Source of the DNA: Tubiluchus corallicola
Taxonomy: Eukaryota; Animalia; Priapulida
Direction: 5' to 3'
DNA: 64,000 bases
Assembly: GCA_030141605.1 (NCBI GenBank)
Contig: JAQGDQ010000011.1
Coordinates: 678,066-742,065 of the forward strand
Below are positions 27,601 to 51,973 of the stretch, piece by piece. The position numbers and the translations under genes were made by a program. The first letter of the stretch is position 1. Each line of letters starts with the position of its first letter. The notes below the pieces were generated by a model. That model worked only from the letters and a program-made list of their open reading frames with translations, had not been told where the DNA came from and did not search any database.

Positions 27601-28070
27601 TGGCACCAGACAATACCTGAACAATTACCTTGGTAAAATGCATTGCCCCGAATCAGTCGTGACCCATCCTCACACTTGCTTTCAGATCTTTCAGGCTGTA
27701 TCACTACTAAATGTCGACCTACATTGTCTTGAGAGGCATTACCATCTTCAAGACCATCGGTGGAGTTAACAAAACTGTCCACAGAACTATCTCGTGGCAT
27801 GCCGTCGCCATTCGGCTTTTGTGCAAGATGCTTCTTCTGTGCATCTTCTCTGCCGGCTTCTGACAAGCTGCTAGTCGATGCTGCCTTCAACACAACCCCA
27901 GTTCCAACAGCATCGTAACCAATTTTTCTTGATCTCGATCCAGCAGAAGAGATTTGCTGAGGAGCTTTCTTATTGTGCTTTTGAAAGGTTCTCCCAAGTG
28001 CTTCAGCTTTATGGTTTTTATCACTTCCTGTACCAAGTTTTCCAACCATGCGTTCAGTAGACATTTCCAT
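9604..28070 (-). CDS. NIMA-related kinase, NEK8/NEK9-like (DUF4347-like N-terminal module + kinase + RCC1 repeats + coiled coil + CaaX), ~1441 aa
   Basis: 25 phase-consistent GT-AG exons totalling 4326 nt: 28070-27629, 27312-27178, 27065-26965, 26778-26189, 25512-25393, 24809-24668, 23481-23353, 22921-22796, 21996-21826, 21029-20875, 20367-20227, 19666-19544, 18257-18071, 17091-16981, 16508-16404, 15867-15687, 15099-14956, 14101-13972, 13742-13454, 13238-13119, 12894-12800, 12332-12163, 11064-10892, 10306-10202, 9744-9604. Kinase motifs: [47 protein letters not shown]1 motifs: [53 protein letters not shown]. Ends SKVCLVQ*. Confidence 0.93.
17630..17720. repeat. Compound trinucleotide microsatellite (AAT/AAC/ACC/GCC)
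   Basis: Runs of aataataat, caacaac, caccacc and caacaacaacaac inside a NEK intron. Confidence 0.8.
24262..24421. mobile_element. piggyBac-like MITE remnant with two GC hairpins
   Basis: Right end GTAGTGAAAGAG-TTAA and degenerate left end TTAA-ACTTTTCTAC. Internal palindromes GGCGGCAG-T-CTGCCGCC (24343-24359) and AGGCGGCA-GTG-TGCCGCCT (24384-24402). Confidence 0.5.
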
Positions 28071-28556
28071 TATTATCTCTTAAAATAAGGTTTTAAAACG
28101 AAAACTAACAATTCATGCAACTTAAGGCATAGAGCCCATGATGTACTTTGGTTTAAAATTTAAATTCAAAGTGTTCTTGAGTCATCACTAACCATCTGCA
28201 CATCAAAATCATTTTCATAAAAAATCATTATAAGACCATTGGTAACCTTCTTTTTTGATGAGTTAAATATTTTAAAATTATATCTCAAGTCTGTAGGAAA
28301 GCAGTTCATTCTAACTATTTAAAGTCCATCTTAACTGTTTAAGAAGTGACAGTCTTTTTGGAACCATATCCCAATGAAAGCAAAGTCTTAGCCCTTGACA
28401 ACAAAACCTGGGAAAAGTAAGAAAACACTAATTAATACAATTCATGCAAAATGTTCAGCTTAAGTAATTAAAAAAATGAATGATGTTATTTTGTTTAAAA
28501 CCTACAAGTTCAATAACAAACAAGAAACAGATATAATTATCACTTTTACATTTAAC

Positions 28557-28804
28557 ATATATATATATATATATATCACTTTAACATTCCAAGTTAATTA
28601 ATCTTTTAAATACTTTTATAACTAAAACAAGTAAACTAAAACTTGGAACCAAAGCATAATTAAATCATCTAAATGAGAACACTGAGCACACTTAAACTTA
28701 TATATATATATCCAAGTTTTAGTTTACATGTTTTAGTTATAAAAGTATTTAAAAGATTAATTAACTTGGAATGTTAAAGTGATATATATATATATATATA
28801 TATA
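28557..28804. repeat. Near-perfect ~90-bp inverted repeat bounded by (TA)n
   Basis: Arm 28557-28647 is the reverse complement of 28711-28804, with one mismatch seen and a ~63-nt spacer. Confidence 0.9.
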
Positions 28805-29934
28805 CGCTTACCTAGAAATGCCACTGCTTACTCCTGAATGTGCGAAATTTTAACTTGTAAACATACGCACGAACAAATTTATTGTCAAATTCCCAGTGTG
28901 GTCAATTTTTGATTTGTACTTTGTGCTCACGCAATTTAAACAATTTTTGCATCACTGTCTCAATTTCACCAAAAGTATTTCAAGTTACCTGCTCGGCAAG
29001 AACGCATCAATACCTTCCCACATGAAAAACGAAAGTAGTTTCATTGGCAATCAATAGTGGTGCAATGAAAAAGAGCAGTCACTGCTTGGCAACAACAAAA
29101 GGGTGGTAGTGGTAGGCGAAGGAATCAATAATGGCTCCATTAGTAATTAATGCATAAAAGCTACCAATCAAACTATAGCCTGAGCAAAGTTATGGAATTT
29201 AAGCTTTAGCATGCACGTTTAAGTGATGCAGGCAACATCGTGCTACAATAGATTTCATTATAACTTACAAAATATAAAATTATGGTGATACTTAAAGGAA
29301 ACAAACATGGTTTAAACAGAAGCAGGCCTAAGAGCTGCACACATTTACAGGAACTGTTCAACATTTTGACTAATTAATACATATATAGCATAACATAGCA
29401 ATCTTTTTTGTGTTATGTGCCCTATACATCATAGAAATAGCCATTAATGAAAAAATTATGAATCAGTTACGTATGCAGGTGGTCCATGTGCTTATTTTAT
29501 TATCCTAACATCTCCCAGAAAATAAGAATGATGTTAATGTTATAAGTAATTTGAATTTGTCTGCAATGGGAGATTTACTACAATCCAAATGATAAATTTT
29601 AACCTCGTAATGTTAAGACAAGCATTAACACTGATGACTTTACATATAAACAAACATACATACATACATACAAACAAATAAAAAAAGACAAACTTGTTAG
29701 AAGCTGATACATCACACGAATCAATTATCTATAATCTATCAATGTCATCTACATTAACTTTTTACATTTGGACAACTCTTTTACATTAAATAGCAAGTCT
29801 AGGACAGTGACTGTAATTCTTAGTGAACTCTTGAAGAGATACGTGTGGCATGTGAGAATGAGAGACAGATGACCTAAATGTGCTATATTATTTTTTCAGT
29901 GAGATGACACACATTCATGAATGAACTTGTATGT

Positions 29935-30155
29935 CTCTTTCCCCTCTCCCTGCCCCCTTTCAACCAATCTCTCTCTTTCATTCTTCCTCATCCTGCTCCC
30001 TCCCTCCCTTCGCACCCTTTCACCATGTGTTCTTCTCACTTTCTGTCTCTCTGCTCAATCTTCCTTCCCCTGTCTCTGCCCCCCCCCCCCCCCTCTCTCT
30101 CTCTCTCTCAGCCCCTTCTCTCCCCTCCCCTCTCCATCTCTCTCTCTTTCTCTCC
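29935..30155. repeat. Polypyrimidine (CT)n / poly-C low-complexity tract
   Basis: Almost entirely C/T on the + strand, including a C-run at ~30079-30093 and (CT)n. Confidence 0.9.
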
Positions 30156-30991
30156 TTATTTGAAACAGCCTAGCAGCAATTAAAAATGGGTACCATACAG
30201 GCACCAATGCCAAAAACCATACCCTATGTAAATCCATTGTAAAACTCATCAATTTTCACATTTCTGTAAAGGTATCAAAAAATCCCACATTTAAAGGAAT
30301 TTTCAAAGCTTTAACAATCGACAATAATCAGGACGACGTGACAGTCCAAATTCTTTTTCAGTGCATTTTTACAGACGCAACGCTACGACTCTTTAGAATC
30401 GACATGCATCAACTGTTTTATTCACATTGGAACGCTGCAAGGTGGAACGAGCTGTTGTGGTAAGACTGCAACCCAGCTTACTATCCATCTAAATTCAGGT
30501 ACTAAATGCCTCGCTGATTTTCAAAGGCACAATTCCTTCTTCTATGACGCAAATAGCCCAAGTTTTACAAAATAGAACAGCTGAGAAAATAATTGAAAAA
30601 TATAATACAAAAAATTCCATTAAGAATTTTTCAGCAAAATGTATAGTAATTTTTTGAGAGGCAAAAAAGACAATCGCAATTTAGCTAAACTTTCCAAATT
30701 AGTTTTCCACTTCTTATTGACACAATGTTTTTGGGAACAGTCTGTCTTTAGTGGTCATTCCAAGTTTTGTTCACAATTGTCTCAGTGACAGTTTTGCTAT
30801 TGATTTATAATTTGTCTGTCCTGAAATAACTATAAAATTACTTGATCTACTGAAGTGTATGAATTTGAGACATTTACAAAACACATAAACCACAAAATTA
30901 ATATAGTGACAAAATTAATTTCACTGAAAAGGAAACGCATAAATGTCATGCCCTGCAGGAAACCTACTATCTAATAAAAACATATATAGTG

Positions 30992-31953
30992 CAGTAGCCC
31001 CCGCTTAATAGACTCATGGTTAATAGACTCAATCGCTTAAATGACTCAAAAACGCCTGGAACGGGCCGTTTCTATTCAAATATACACAAAAACTATCGGT
31101 AATTGACTCAAATAACTCTGCATAATTGACACAACATTTTTCCTTCACCTACTTCAAATAAGATATTTTTATGTGCCCAAAGAGCCTTTCCTACTTTTAT
31201 GTCATCTTTTCTTCCCTTTTGTGCACTATGTATACAGAAACAATCATGTTAATTACTGTTTTGTTTGTTAGCAGGTACGTATATCATGCGCTAGAACGTT
31301 GGTGTAGTGGTTTTCCTTTGAATCTGTTACCTGCTTGTCCACTGTTACCCAAAGAATTTCTGGAAGCTAAACATTTAACACTTGCCTAACGGTTTCCTTT
31401 TGTGTTCTCGTTGCAAATCACGCTTTCAGGCTTAATGAGTCAACAGTCAAAGATGCAGATACAGTATAATCACCTGGTATTCCTTGTGACTAACAAGAGC
31501 AAACATTGTACAGCAAATAAGAACAATGTAAGTGAGCAGACGATTCAGAACTGTTTTAGTCACGCACAATAACAGATTTTCAACATTTTTATAATTACGA
31601 GAACTTTGTGGGCCAAGTTCTTCGCGAGAAAATGAAGCAATTTTTGAAGGAATTTTTGTAATTTTTGCAAATAAACAGACTTAGAAAAGCCTGTGATTTA
31701 GAAAAGTACACTTTTTAATTTATTGCTAATTCACTTACATAAATTAATATTTTAAAATATTTTTTCTAATTTTTAACTGCACAAAGGAATTTAGACATTA
31801 CTTCGTTTCTACAATTCATCAAAAACCTTTGCAGTGCATAGTAAGCAGATGACTCGTACTTATATCTGTAATACTATAGGTTAATAGGTTCAGTGGGTTA
31901 ATTGGGTCAAAACACGCCGGTATCAAAGTGAGTCTATTAAGCGGCGCCTACTG
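30992..31953 (+). mobile_element. pogo/Tigger-family non-autonomous DNA transposon (copy A)
   Basis: TIRs CAGTAGCCCCCGCTTAATAGACTC ... GAGTCTATTAAGCGGCGCCTACTG followed by TA. Internal remnant NNVSEQTIQNCFSH. Homologous to 59349-61132. Confidence 0.85.
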
Positions 31954-34848
31954 TACCAATACTGGTCACTGCCTCATAGAACATTACTAATACAAACAAT
32001 AAATATTGTAAAGGTCTACCTGTTTAGCTCGCTACATTATATATAGACCTATTTAATCATGCATAGCAATGCCAATGGTACACACGCCCTCAATGTGAAA
32101 AGCATCAGTTAGTAAGTTCAGTAATAGTTTGCGGCTGCTAGAATGATAATGCGCTATGCTCGCGGCCCTAGCCTATATCGTGATTATCGTAGTTGACCAT
32201 CGAATCATTTTACTGGCCAGCTCGCTCATTCAAATCAAATTAAACACCCAATCAGCTCATAATGAGAACAAACCATATTCAAGACCAAACGTAAAACACT
32301 AAGAAATAAAAAGTAAAATAAAAAATAAAAGCACTAGATACAAAACTAAAACTCCACCATTTTTCGAATTATGGTTGTCAGGTACGCTAAACACACAATA
32401 ACAGAAATCTCAGAAAATTCTTCGATAAAGTTATTCCGATGCCTGAGACGCCCTTTCCGCAATGAGCTTACACTGGTTCTAATGTATAGTACATTAATTG
32501 TAATGTATTGTGCTTTAGTACAGTGCATTTCATTGATCACAAGTCACAATCACTGATCACAACTGTTACAATGACAATATTAACCACAAATAGCCACTAA
32601 TTTGGTAGCAAAAAGCCATAAAAATGATCCAGAATGCAAAGCATTGGCTTTACTTGCTTGGTTGCAACGGAGCTAAATGCTCCACTAATTGCCAAATTTA
32701 ATGTATTCTTCCTTCTTCTATACAACACAAAGTTTCAAGCATGCACACACGTCTGCTTGTGGCTTAACTCCTCGCATGTTGGAGTAACTTTGTGCACAGT
32801 TTCAATTGAAGAATAGGGTTTTTTGTTACTCGCATGTTTTGATTTTATGAAATTACATTTTTGGTCTCCGCATGGCCAATTTTGTCCCAGTTTGTGTTGG
32901 CTTCGAGATAATGTGCTATCATGACAATGCACCCTTGTGTCAAATTTCAGCTTCCTAGCTCAACTACTCCACAAGCTGAGCTGCAGTTTTTGCTTATTCA
33001 ACAAGTTTGAGTGCAATATTGTAGCCATCACGCTGTTCAGAAAATTTACCCGTTGAAATATGTAACAAAAAACATATTAACTATGATGACAACATCACGA
33101 CAAAACAGATTTCTTTATAAGGTTACTTTGCAAGAGAGTAATCAAAAATACCTACAGGTACAGAAACATCCTTGTTTTTTTGTCATGCACAACAGAAGTC
33201 ACTGTCAGTTTGTTAGTATATCTTCTCAAATGCAAAAACATTAAAATAATGAGAACATGCATTGACAAAAATTTTATTTTCTTATTAAAAATACATCTGG
33301 CTGGAATTTCTATTACAAACTGCAATAATTTGCAAAGTCATTTACAAAAATGAGACTTGGGACGGCTTCGACAGTGTACATGTAGTATGAACGAAATCAA
33401 GTTTGAACATTATTGTAATGTTTACAGGAGTTTTAGGGATCCTAATTACTGTACTATGTCGCAACATTAGCTAAAATAAATTTACAATAGAAGCAAAATT
33501 AAAAAGTTTATATTTATAACCTCAGTCAGGATAGGAGGCCTATTTCACCTTTACATGATTAATTTATTTGAACAGCAGCAGCAGACAATTTCTTATACTC
33601 AATGAAATAAAAATGATGCAAAAAATGATTAAGAACATTAAAAATATATACAGCAAGATTCAAATGACAGCATTATGAAAACTTATGTGTTAAAAGTAAA
33701 AAAAGACCACAGTATTGCACCTGACTTTAGTACAACTACCTACAAGCATTATGTATATAAGGTCAATGTAAAAATAGTACAATAGTACATAGTATACAGT
33801 GCATAATATATTTATATACAGTCATAAATAATCTTCAATTCTAACGTCTTGATGAGATAAATTGCCTATTGAAGTGATTTCCCTTGGACAGGTTATGCAC
33901 TCACTTTGTTTTAAACTCTCACTTACATTGTAGTCCAACTAATACAAAACAAATGCTTTTTATTATCGGAATGTTGAAATGTTTGGAAAACAATAACATG
34001 TTGATAAAGAACAAATGTCAATCACCAGAACTTCAAAGCAATTGCATTGTTACCTGCATTACTGCAATCAAACAAAAAACACAACTACAATAATTGAGAT
34101 TCATGATATGAGTACACACTTTCATTATCTCACAACCTTAATTCATCTAAAATTCAAATAGCTGCCAGTTTATAATAAAAAAGTGCAATCTCTAAGGTTA
34201 CACACATATACCTGTACTACCTCTTCAGGCCTATTTTACAAAAAATATTAAAGACCATCAGGAGAGAGAGAATGGAATGTTATACTGGAATGGCACTTGA
34301 AATTTTACATACTCTTCCTCTGGTTCTCTCTAATAACAAAGTAATCTGTGCGTCAAAAAATAGCGTACATGTAACACCAATGCTTTATTTGCATTGCGAA
34401 ATGTATAAGGTGTCAAGAAATAAGACACTGTTACATTTAAAAGTTTATATCTCAACTAGGTTTTCATTATTTTAAAGACTATATTATTCCTTATTTAATG
34501 ATAGATGAAATTACACAAGAAAGAGCCATGATGCCCCTCAGTCTCTCTGAGAAAATTATACGATCACACCACTGTTTATCATGATTCTGTTCGTTTTTAC
34601 TCATTTCATTTCGTTTCTTCCATACAGGTGGGCTAATTAATTTCTTGTCGCTCCTTACATGAACAAATATGGTGTTGTGATCCTAGATTAGTCTGCCTTA
34701 CACTACATGCATTCTCTACAGCGAGAAGAGAACTGTTATTTACAAACTGATTTAGCTTTCTAATTTCCATCAACATTATTTCTTGTATTTCACAACACAC
34801 ACTGTTGTCGAAAATCACTCACAACTGTAGAAGCTTTCCAGTATGCTC

Positions 34849-47219
<12,371 letters not shown>

Positions 47220-49994
47220 AATCAACAAGAATTTTACAAACACTCAAATCACAAAAATATATCAATCACACGGCGCTAAAAAGTTGTACAGGTGTGGTGA
47301 GTAAATCGCCGGAAGAGAATACGACGCTAAATCAGCGCACACAATTCAGTTCGATATGCCAAAATATTGCGTATACACAGCCAAAATTTTAACATTTTAC
47401 ACACATATTGGTCTAGATGACAATGTTAAAATTTTTTATTGAAACAAAAATAATATTACTAATTTTTTTGCAATGCGGTATAATACGCAATATTGTAATA
47501 TTTCCCACCTAGCGCATACATAATTATTAAGCCTACCTGGAATGTAAAAATCTTGGATGACGTACCGGTACCTGATAAGTTTTCGTAATGAATCATGAAT
47601 GAACGGACACTAGTAGTACTAAATATTCTTTATTTAAAGTGTGGTGAACAGCACGTTAGACGAATATGTGCTGAAAACTGTCTTCTGAACCCGAGAAACA
47701 TGAGCCACTAATGATTGCATTGAATATAAACAGAGCTGTTAAGGGAAAGTTAATTGTTGAAATATTTCGACAGCCATGCTCAAGCATTCAGAGCAAATAC
47801 ATTGTAATTTAATTTATGTCAACTCACGTCACTATAACAATTATTAACATTTTTGCAAATAACGCCAATGGGTGAAGAAAATTAACACACAAATTTAATT
47901 TATCTAAGCTAATACTGTATTTTCGTTGTAAAAAATAATTAATTTTTTTAATTTTGAAAACACCACAAAGGCCACTAAGAAATAGAATGCCTTTGCTCAG
48001 TTAATGTTACTTCAAAGCTTTAACTACCTGTATGTTTAATATGAACCTGGACAGTTTGCTTTTAATTTCTTCTCAAATTGTTTTCTCTGAGTTGAGTGTG
48101 CACTAGACATTCTTTTAATGACGTTGACCTCTTGTGTTTGCACAACAATGACAATAACAGCAGCATCAGCAACAAGAAATAATGCAAACAAGTACTAGAC
48201 AATTATAGACAGCCATATCTCGGACTATCGTAAACACAACATCATTCTGCAAGTGGTTTCGCTAAATCTTGAACAAGACGCGAGAAATAACAAAAATCAC
48301 AATGGTTACAACGACAGGAAGCCACGAAGGTGTTTCATATTCACGTGTGACTCAAAATGTAAACAGAGGAAGTGACGAAATTTGTTTATTGTTACGTATT
48401 TCGTTTTTGCGATTAGCGGCTACGCTGGTGGCATCAAACGGCGAATGATCAAAAACTTTTGAGTCGCGCATTGACTGTATTAATAATATTCTTAGATACA
48501 CCAGTAGTGTTGGCATACGTGCAATTTTGATCAGCCAAAAATACTTTTGCACTTTTTGTGTGCAAAATAGTAATGCATTTTTTATTGATTTTTCTCTTCC
48601 TCCCTCTCTTAGAGGGAAAGAGAGGGGGGAGAGATCCTTCTTTTCCTTTTGTTGAAGGTTCCGCCATTTGTTTCTTGGTTGCTTTACTCCAATGCGAGGT
48701 GGCGGATTTGGCACATTAAAAATTGCACCCATTTACGTGCCCTGCAATTAAGCTATATAATTACACGTATATTATAGTGTAGGCTTGTATATAAATAATG
48801 CGCACATGCACACACACACACCACACAAGTAATTGCATATGGTGCTTCATATACATGTATGATGATGTATGATATTTAATAATATAAATTGATTGCCCTT
48901 AGCACCAAGGCCTATATAAAATCAATTAATTTAAGCCCATCAATAAATAATATTTATCAAGACTTGTCAGTGGATTTAGCCACAGGTGTTTTATTAGTAC
49001 ACTTATACAAGTACATTTTTTACAAGCAAACAAACTGTAACTAATGAACATTTATTTTGACGTAAGCCTAACTGAATCTTAAAAAAATACGCTAAATATA
49101 AGTGACGTCTACACATGATATATAAAGTGTGATGACACCTCTGCCGATTCTAATTTATGCGCCAGGTTGGCTTCTCACCTGAATTCCATAACTTGATTTT
49201 GACCTAGTTAGTTGGTTGTTATAGTGGTGGAAGTAATGCCGGCTGCTTAGGATGACAGCTCTGATGTTTCGTTTTGTTATTTTTTGTTCACTGATAATAA
49301 AAAAGAGGAGTAATGTCATAAATGCATTTCCGTTTGTTCAACGTGATTTTATAACCAACTCCAACTCATAACAAAGGCCAATATATGATTATATGCTTTT
49401 TAAACATCTTTTAGCTTAGAATTAACAAAACATACAGATGCTTAGATTAAGTTTTGTTCTGGAAAAATTATTTGCTCATCTGAAAAATCGATTTTTTTCT
49501 ATGAAAGGTATTACACATGAAAGTCAGGCCTAATATTTCTTCAAGTTATATTTCCTGATTAAAACTTCAACAAAAGGAAAAGAAGGATCTCTGTCTCTCT
49601 CCCTCCCTCCCTCCCTCTCTCTGTCTCTCTCGCTTTCTCTCTCTCCCTCCATTTCATTGTTTCTCTTCCTCTTTCTTTCTCTCTCTCTCTCTCCCTTCCT
49701 CTCTAAGAGAAGGAGGGAGAGAAAAATCAATAAATCATTAAAAAATGCATTACTTTTTTACATAGTAGGCAGCCCATCACGCAGTCAGCTAGCCTCTTTC
49801 CTCAGGAAGAACAAGAAAATTTTTTTAATCATTCGCCGTTTGATGCCGCCAGCGTAGTCGCTGATCGCAAAAACGAAATACGTAACAATATTTTTCGTCC
49901 TTCACTTTGAATGTACATTGAATGTATTTTTGCAAATAAAACTGAATAGAATTGAATTGAAATTGTTTTCACACATTTTCCATAGTAGCCCATC
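47220..49994. promoter_or_regulatory. Divergent (head-to-head) promoter region of MELTF and ADAL
   Basis: Start codons face away from each other ~2.8 kb apart. CpG is locally enriched at ~47260-47700. An acceptor (ttttccatag, 49985) just before the ADAL ATG implies an upstream non-coding exon. Confidence 0.55.
48375..49900. repeat. Pair of inverted repeat-element copies (48375-48660 and 49563-49900)
   Basis: TATTGTTACGTATTTCGTTTTTGCGATTAGCGGCTACGCTGGTGGCATCAAACGGCGAATGAT is the near reverse complement of 49828-49890. The block TAATGCATTTTTT...GAGAGATCCTTCTTTTCCTTTTGTTGAAG pairs with 49563-49755. Confidence 0.85.
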
Positions 49995-51941
49995 ATGGAT
50001 GGTATAATTGGCAAGAATGTAAATCCGATGAATGATATACATGAGTTTTGTAAAAAGCTTCCTAAAGTGGTAAGCAATACTGAGCATTTATATTAATTTT
50101 AAGCACCAAATATTATTCCCAGTTTGTCTGCCTATAGTACAGAAAATAAAGGGGTGTATATTTTCTTTCTTCACTAGAATCGAGTGTCATGTTTGTCGTT
50201 TTGAAAAATTAACAATTGAAAAGGAGATTAATCAGCCCTTTATTACATAATGTCATGTCCGATATCTATTTTGTTAAAATGAAAACCCGAGTTTTGTTTC
50301 ATAAAAAAGTTGAAGAGCCATTCTCGGTACGACACTCCCCTTTGTCATGTCAATTGTCTTGCTAAATTTCATTGCTAGTTGTACAGATGTTTAAACAGAA
50401 AGATAATCACACTTTCAATTTATATTGGACCGTGACAGCAAGGCATCATGCAGGAATCTATATTTCCGGTCGGTTTTCTTGTTGAATTTTTCTGCATCTT
50501 TAAGGTCGTTTTGTACATCTAGTACTCGTAACAAAGTTATAATAGCGTAGTTATTTGACTTTTCATCAACCAAAAGGATATATTAGGACAAAGTCAAGTG
50601 AAATAACACATATGGGTCAATTTGTGAAAATAACCTAGTATTTTAAGTGTTGGTATCAATGGTTGAACTATATTCAGCACTTTATATATGTATATATATA
50701 TAACAGCATAGTTATTTGATTTTTCATCAACTCAAAGAATGTATTAGGACAAAGTCAAGTGGAATAGCACATTTGGGTCAATTTGTGAAAATAACCTAGT
50801 ATTTTAAGTGTTGGTACCAATGGGTGAACTATATTCAGCACTTTTTAAACATGTAAACAAATAGTCTATGGCATTATTTTTTGGAACTAATTAACTTACA
50901 GCTGCAAATTGATTGCAAAATCTACATAAATGTAAAGAAAAACGTGTACACATGTAATGCCCTAGGATTGCTGTGCATACAGAGTATATATATGCATTGA
51001 AGATAATGTCGTATCCCTCATAAATTACAGGGTGATGCCGCATCTGTAGAAGTAAAGAAATTGGTACATGCAATAAGTTAACGAAAAAAATTCACAGGTA
51101 CCAAAAACTGCGGAAAACCCAGATGAAAAACTTCGCATTTTTTCCTGCTTCGCAACTTTTGCCGGCAAAAAACTCAATCCTTTGTATGCAATCGATGACT
51201 GCCATGGTGTTGTTTATGAATTATACATATGTTTTTATTGAAATTATTAGAAAAAAATATTTTTTTGTATAGGAATTACATGCTCACCTTGCTGCCAGCT
51301 TGAGTGAAGAAACAGTTTATAAACTGGTGCAGATGAAGAAATCAAGAGGCGAGAAAGTCCCTGAAGATGTAGAAAAATATTTCGTCCGTGGCACAATTGA
51401 GTTAGAACGGTGAGTACGTAACTTCTGTTATTTTTAAAAAAGAATTACACAAAATTTGTCAGTATTGAATAATGTTAAAAACATTCTATATGCATTCAAA
51501 ATGAATAAGAAATAATTATACCAAGCATTTCATTCAAGTTATCAAGTGTTACATTTGAGTTATCAAGTGTTACATTCAAGTTATCAAGTATTACATTCAA
51601 GTTATCAAGCCTGGTATGTAATGCTGCACAATTCCTGTTGTCCACAGTCACATAATATCGGTCAATTGATAGTTTTGCTGTAGTTACAGTTATTGAAAAT
51701 GACTGCAAATTAGTAGAACTGAAAAGAAAATTTGATTTTTTTATTTTTCTTCTCAATCAGTATAAATGTTGAGAATTTGTGCATAACATAATACTTGTTT
51801 TGCAATTTGAAGACGTACCAGTAGTAGTTTATTTACATAAGTCCACGCATACACATAATACACCAAGTTAAACATATAAACATATCAAAACAAAAGAAAT
51901 AATAATAATAATAATAGTAGTAGTAATAGTAATAACAACAA

Positions 51942-51973
<32 letters not shown>

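Noticed and set aside
29917-30252. Four overlapping Pro/Ser/Leu- or Arg/Glu-rich ORFs
   Set aside because: Artefacts of the CT/poly-C low-complexity tract.
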